Origin: a virus
Lineage: Duplodnaviria > Caudoviricetes
Strand: one strand, 5' to 3'
IMG/VR virus record: IMGVR_UViG_3300032303_000434
Coordinates: 1-34,309 of that record
Length of the DNA: 34,309 bases
In this document: in pieces, positions 34,309-34,309 of the stretch
Layout of the letters: each line of letters opens with the position of its first letter
Numbering within the stretch: the stretch's first letter is position 1
The notes under the pieces: model-generated
Told to the model about the DNA's origin: nothing
The model's input: the letters and a program-made list of their open reading frames with translations, nothing else
The model's database searches: none
Translations under genes and position numbers: made by a program

Positions 34309-34309
34309 C

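Larger units (their letters stand above)
1..34309. mobile_element. Tailed dsDNA bacteriophage genome segment (P22-like head/tail modules; PolA / primase-helicase / SNF2 replication module)
   Basis: Contiguous terminase, portal, scaffold, coat, tail, ejection, lysis and replication genes; no host housekeeping genes or att/integrase seen. Confidence 0.97.

Noticed and set aside
1-34309. Integrase/att site, introns, inteins, tRNA genes or stop-codon recoding
   Set aside because: None recognised; core genes are uninterrupted, of ordinary length and read in the standard code

Overview
The whole window is part of a tailed dsDNA bacteriophage genome with P22-like (podovirus-type) morphogenesis genes. 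The host is probably Gram-negative because an endolysin/holin/spanin set is present. No integrase, repressor, tRNA or CRISPR is visible, and both ends are truncated. Layout: (i) a rightward replication block (putative SSB, Zn-finger peptide, family A DNA polymerase, primase-helicase; 1-4921); (ii) a leftward, densely overlapping operon of about 18 tiny genes, probably early genes, including an Rmf-like protein (8807->5017); (iii) an approximately 900-bp non-coding, repeat- and palindrome-rich control region (ori and/or packaging site; 8850-9736); (iv) a long rightward late block (terminases, basic peptides, portal, ferritin-like protein, fibre, scaffold, coat, tail hub, second fibre, Fe/2OG hydroxylase, GNAT, three ejection proteins, lysis genes, metallophosphoesterase; 9737-33069); (v) a leftward SNF2-type helicase block. 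The most striking observation lies in the 95-bp gap where the replication and early operons converge. It holds a near-consensus sigma70 promoter, an approximately 63-nt two-hairpin RNA and a terminator. The two loops (UGCUCC, CUCACUCC) are complementary to the two recurring ribosome-binding-site types of this phage's own early and replication genes (GGAGCA, GGAGUGAG), which I did not see at late-gene RBSs. This is a candidate phage-encoded multi-target anti-Shine-Dalgarno sRNA switch. All calls come from reading the sequence by eye; no database search was run.
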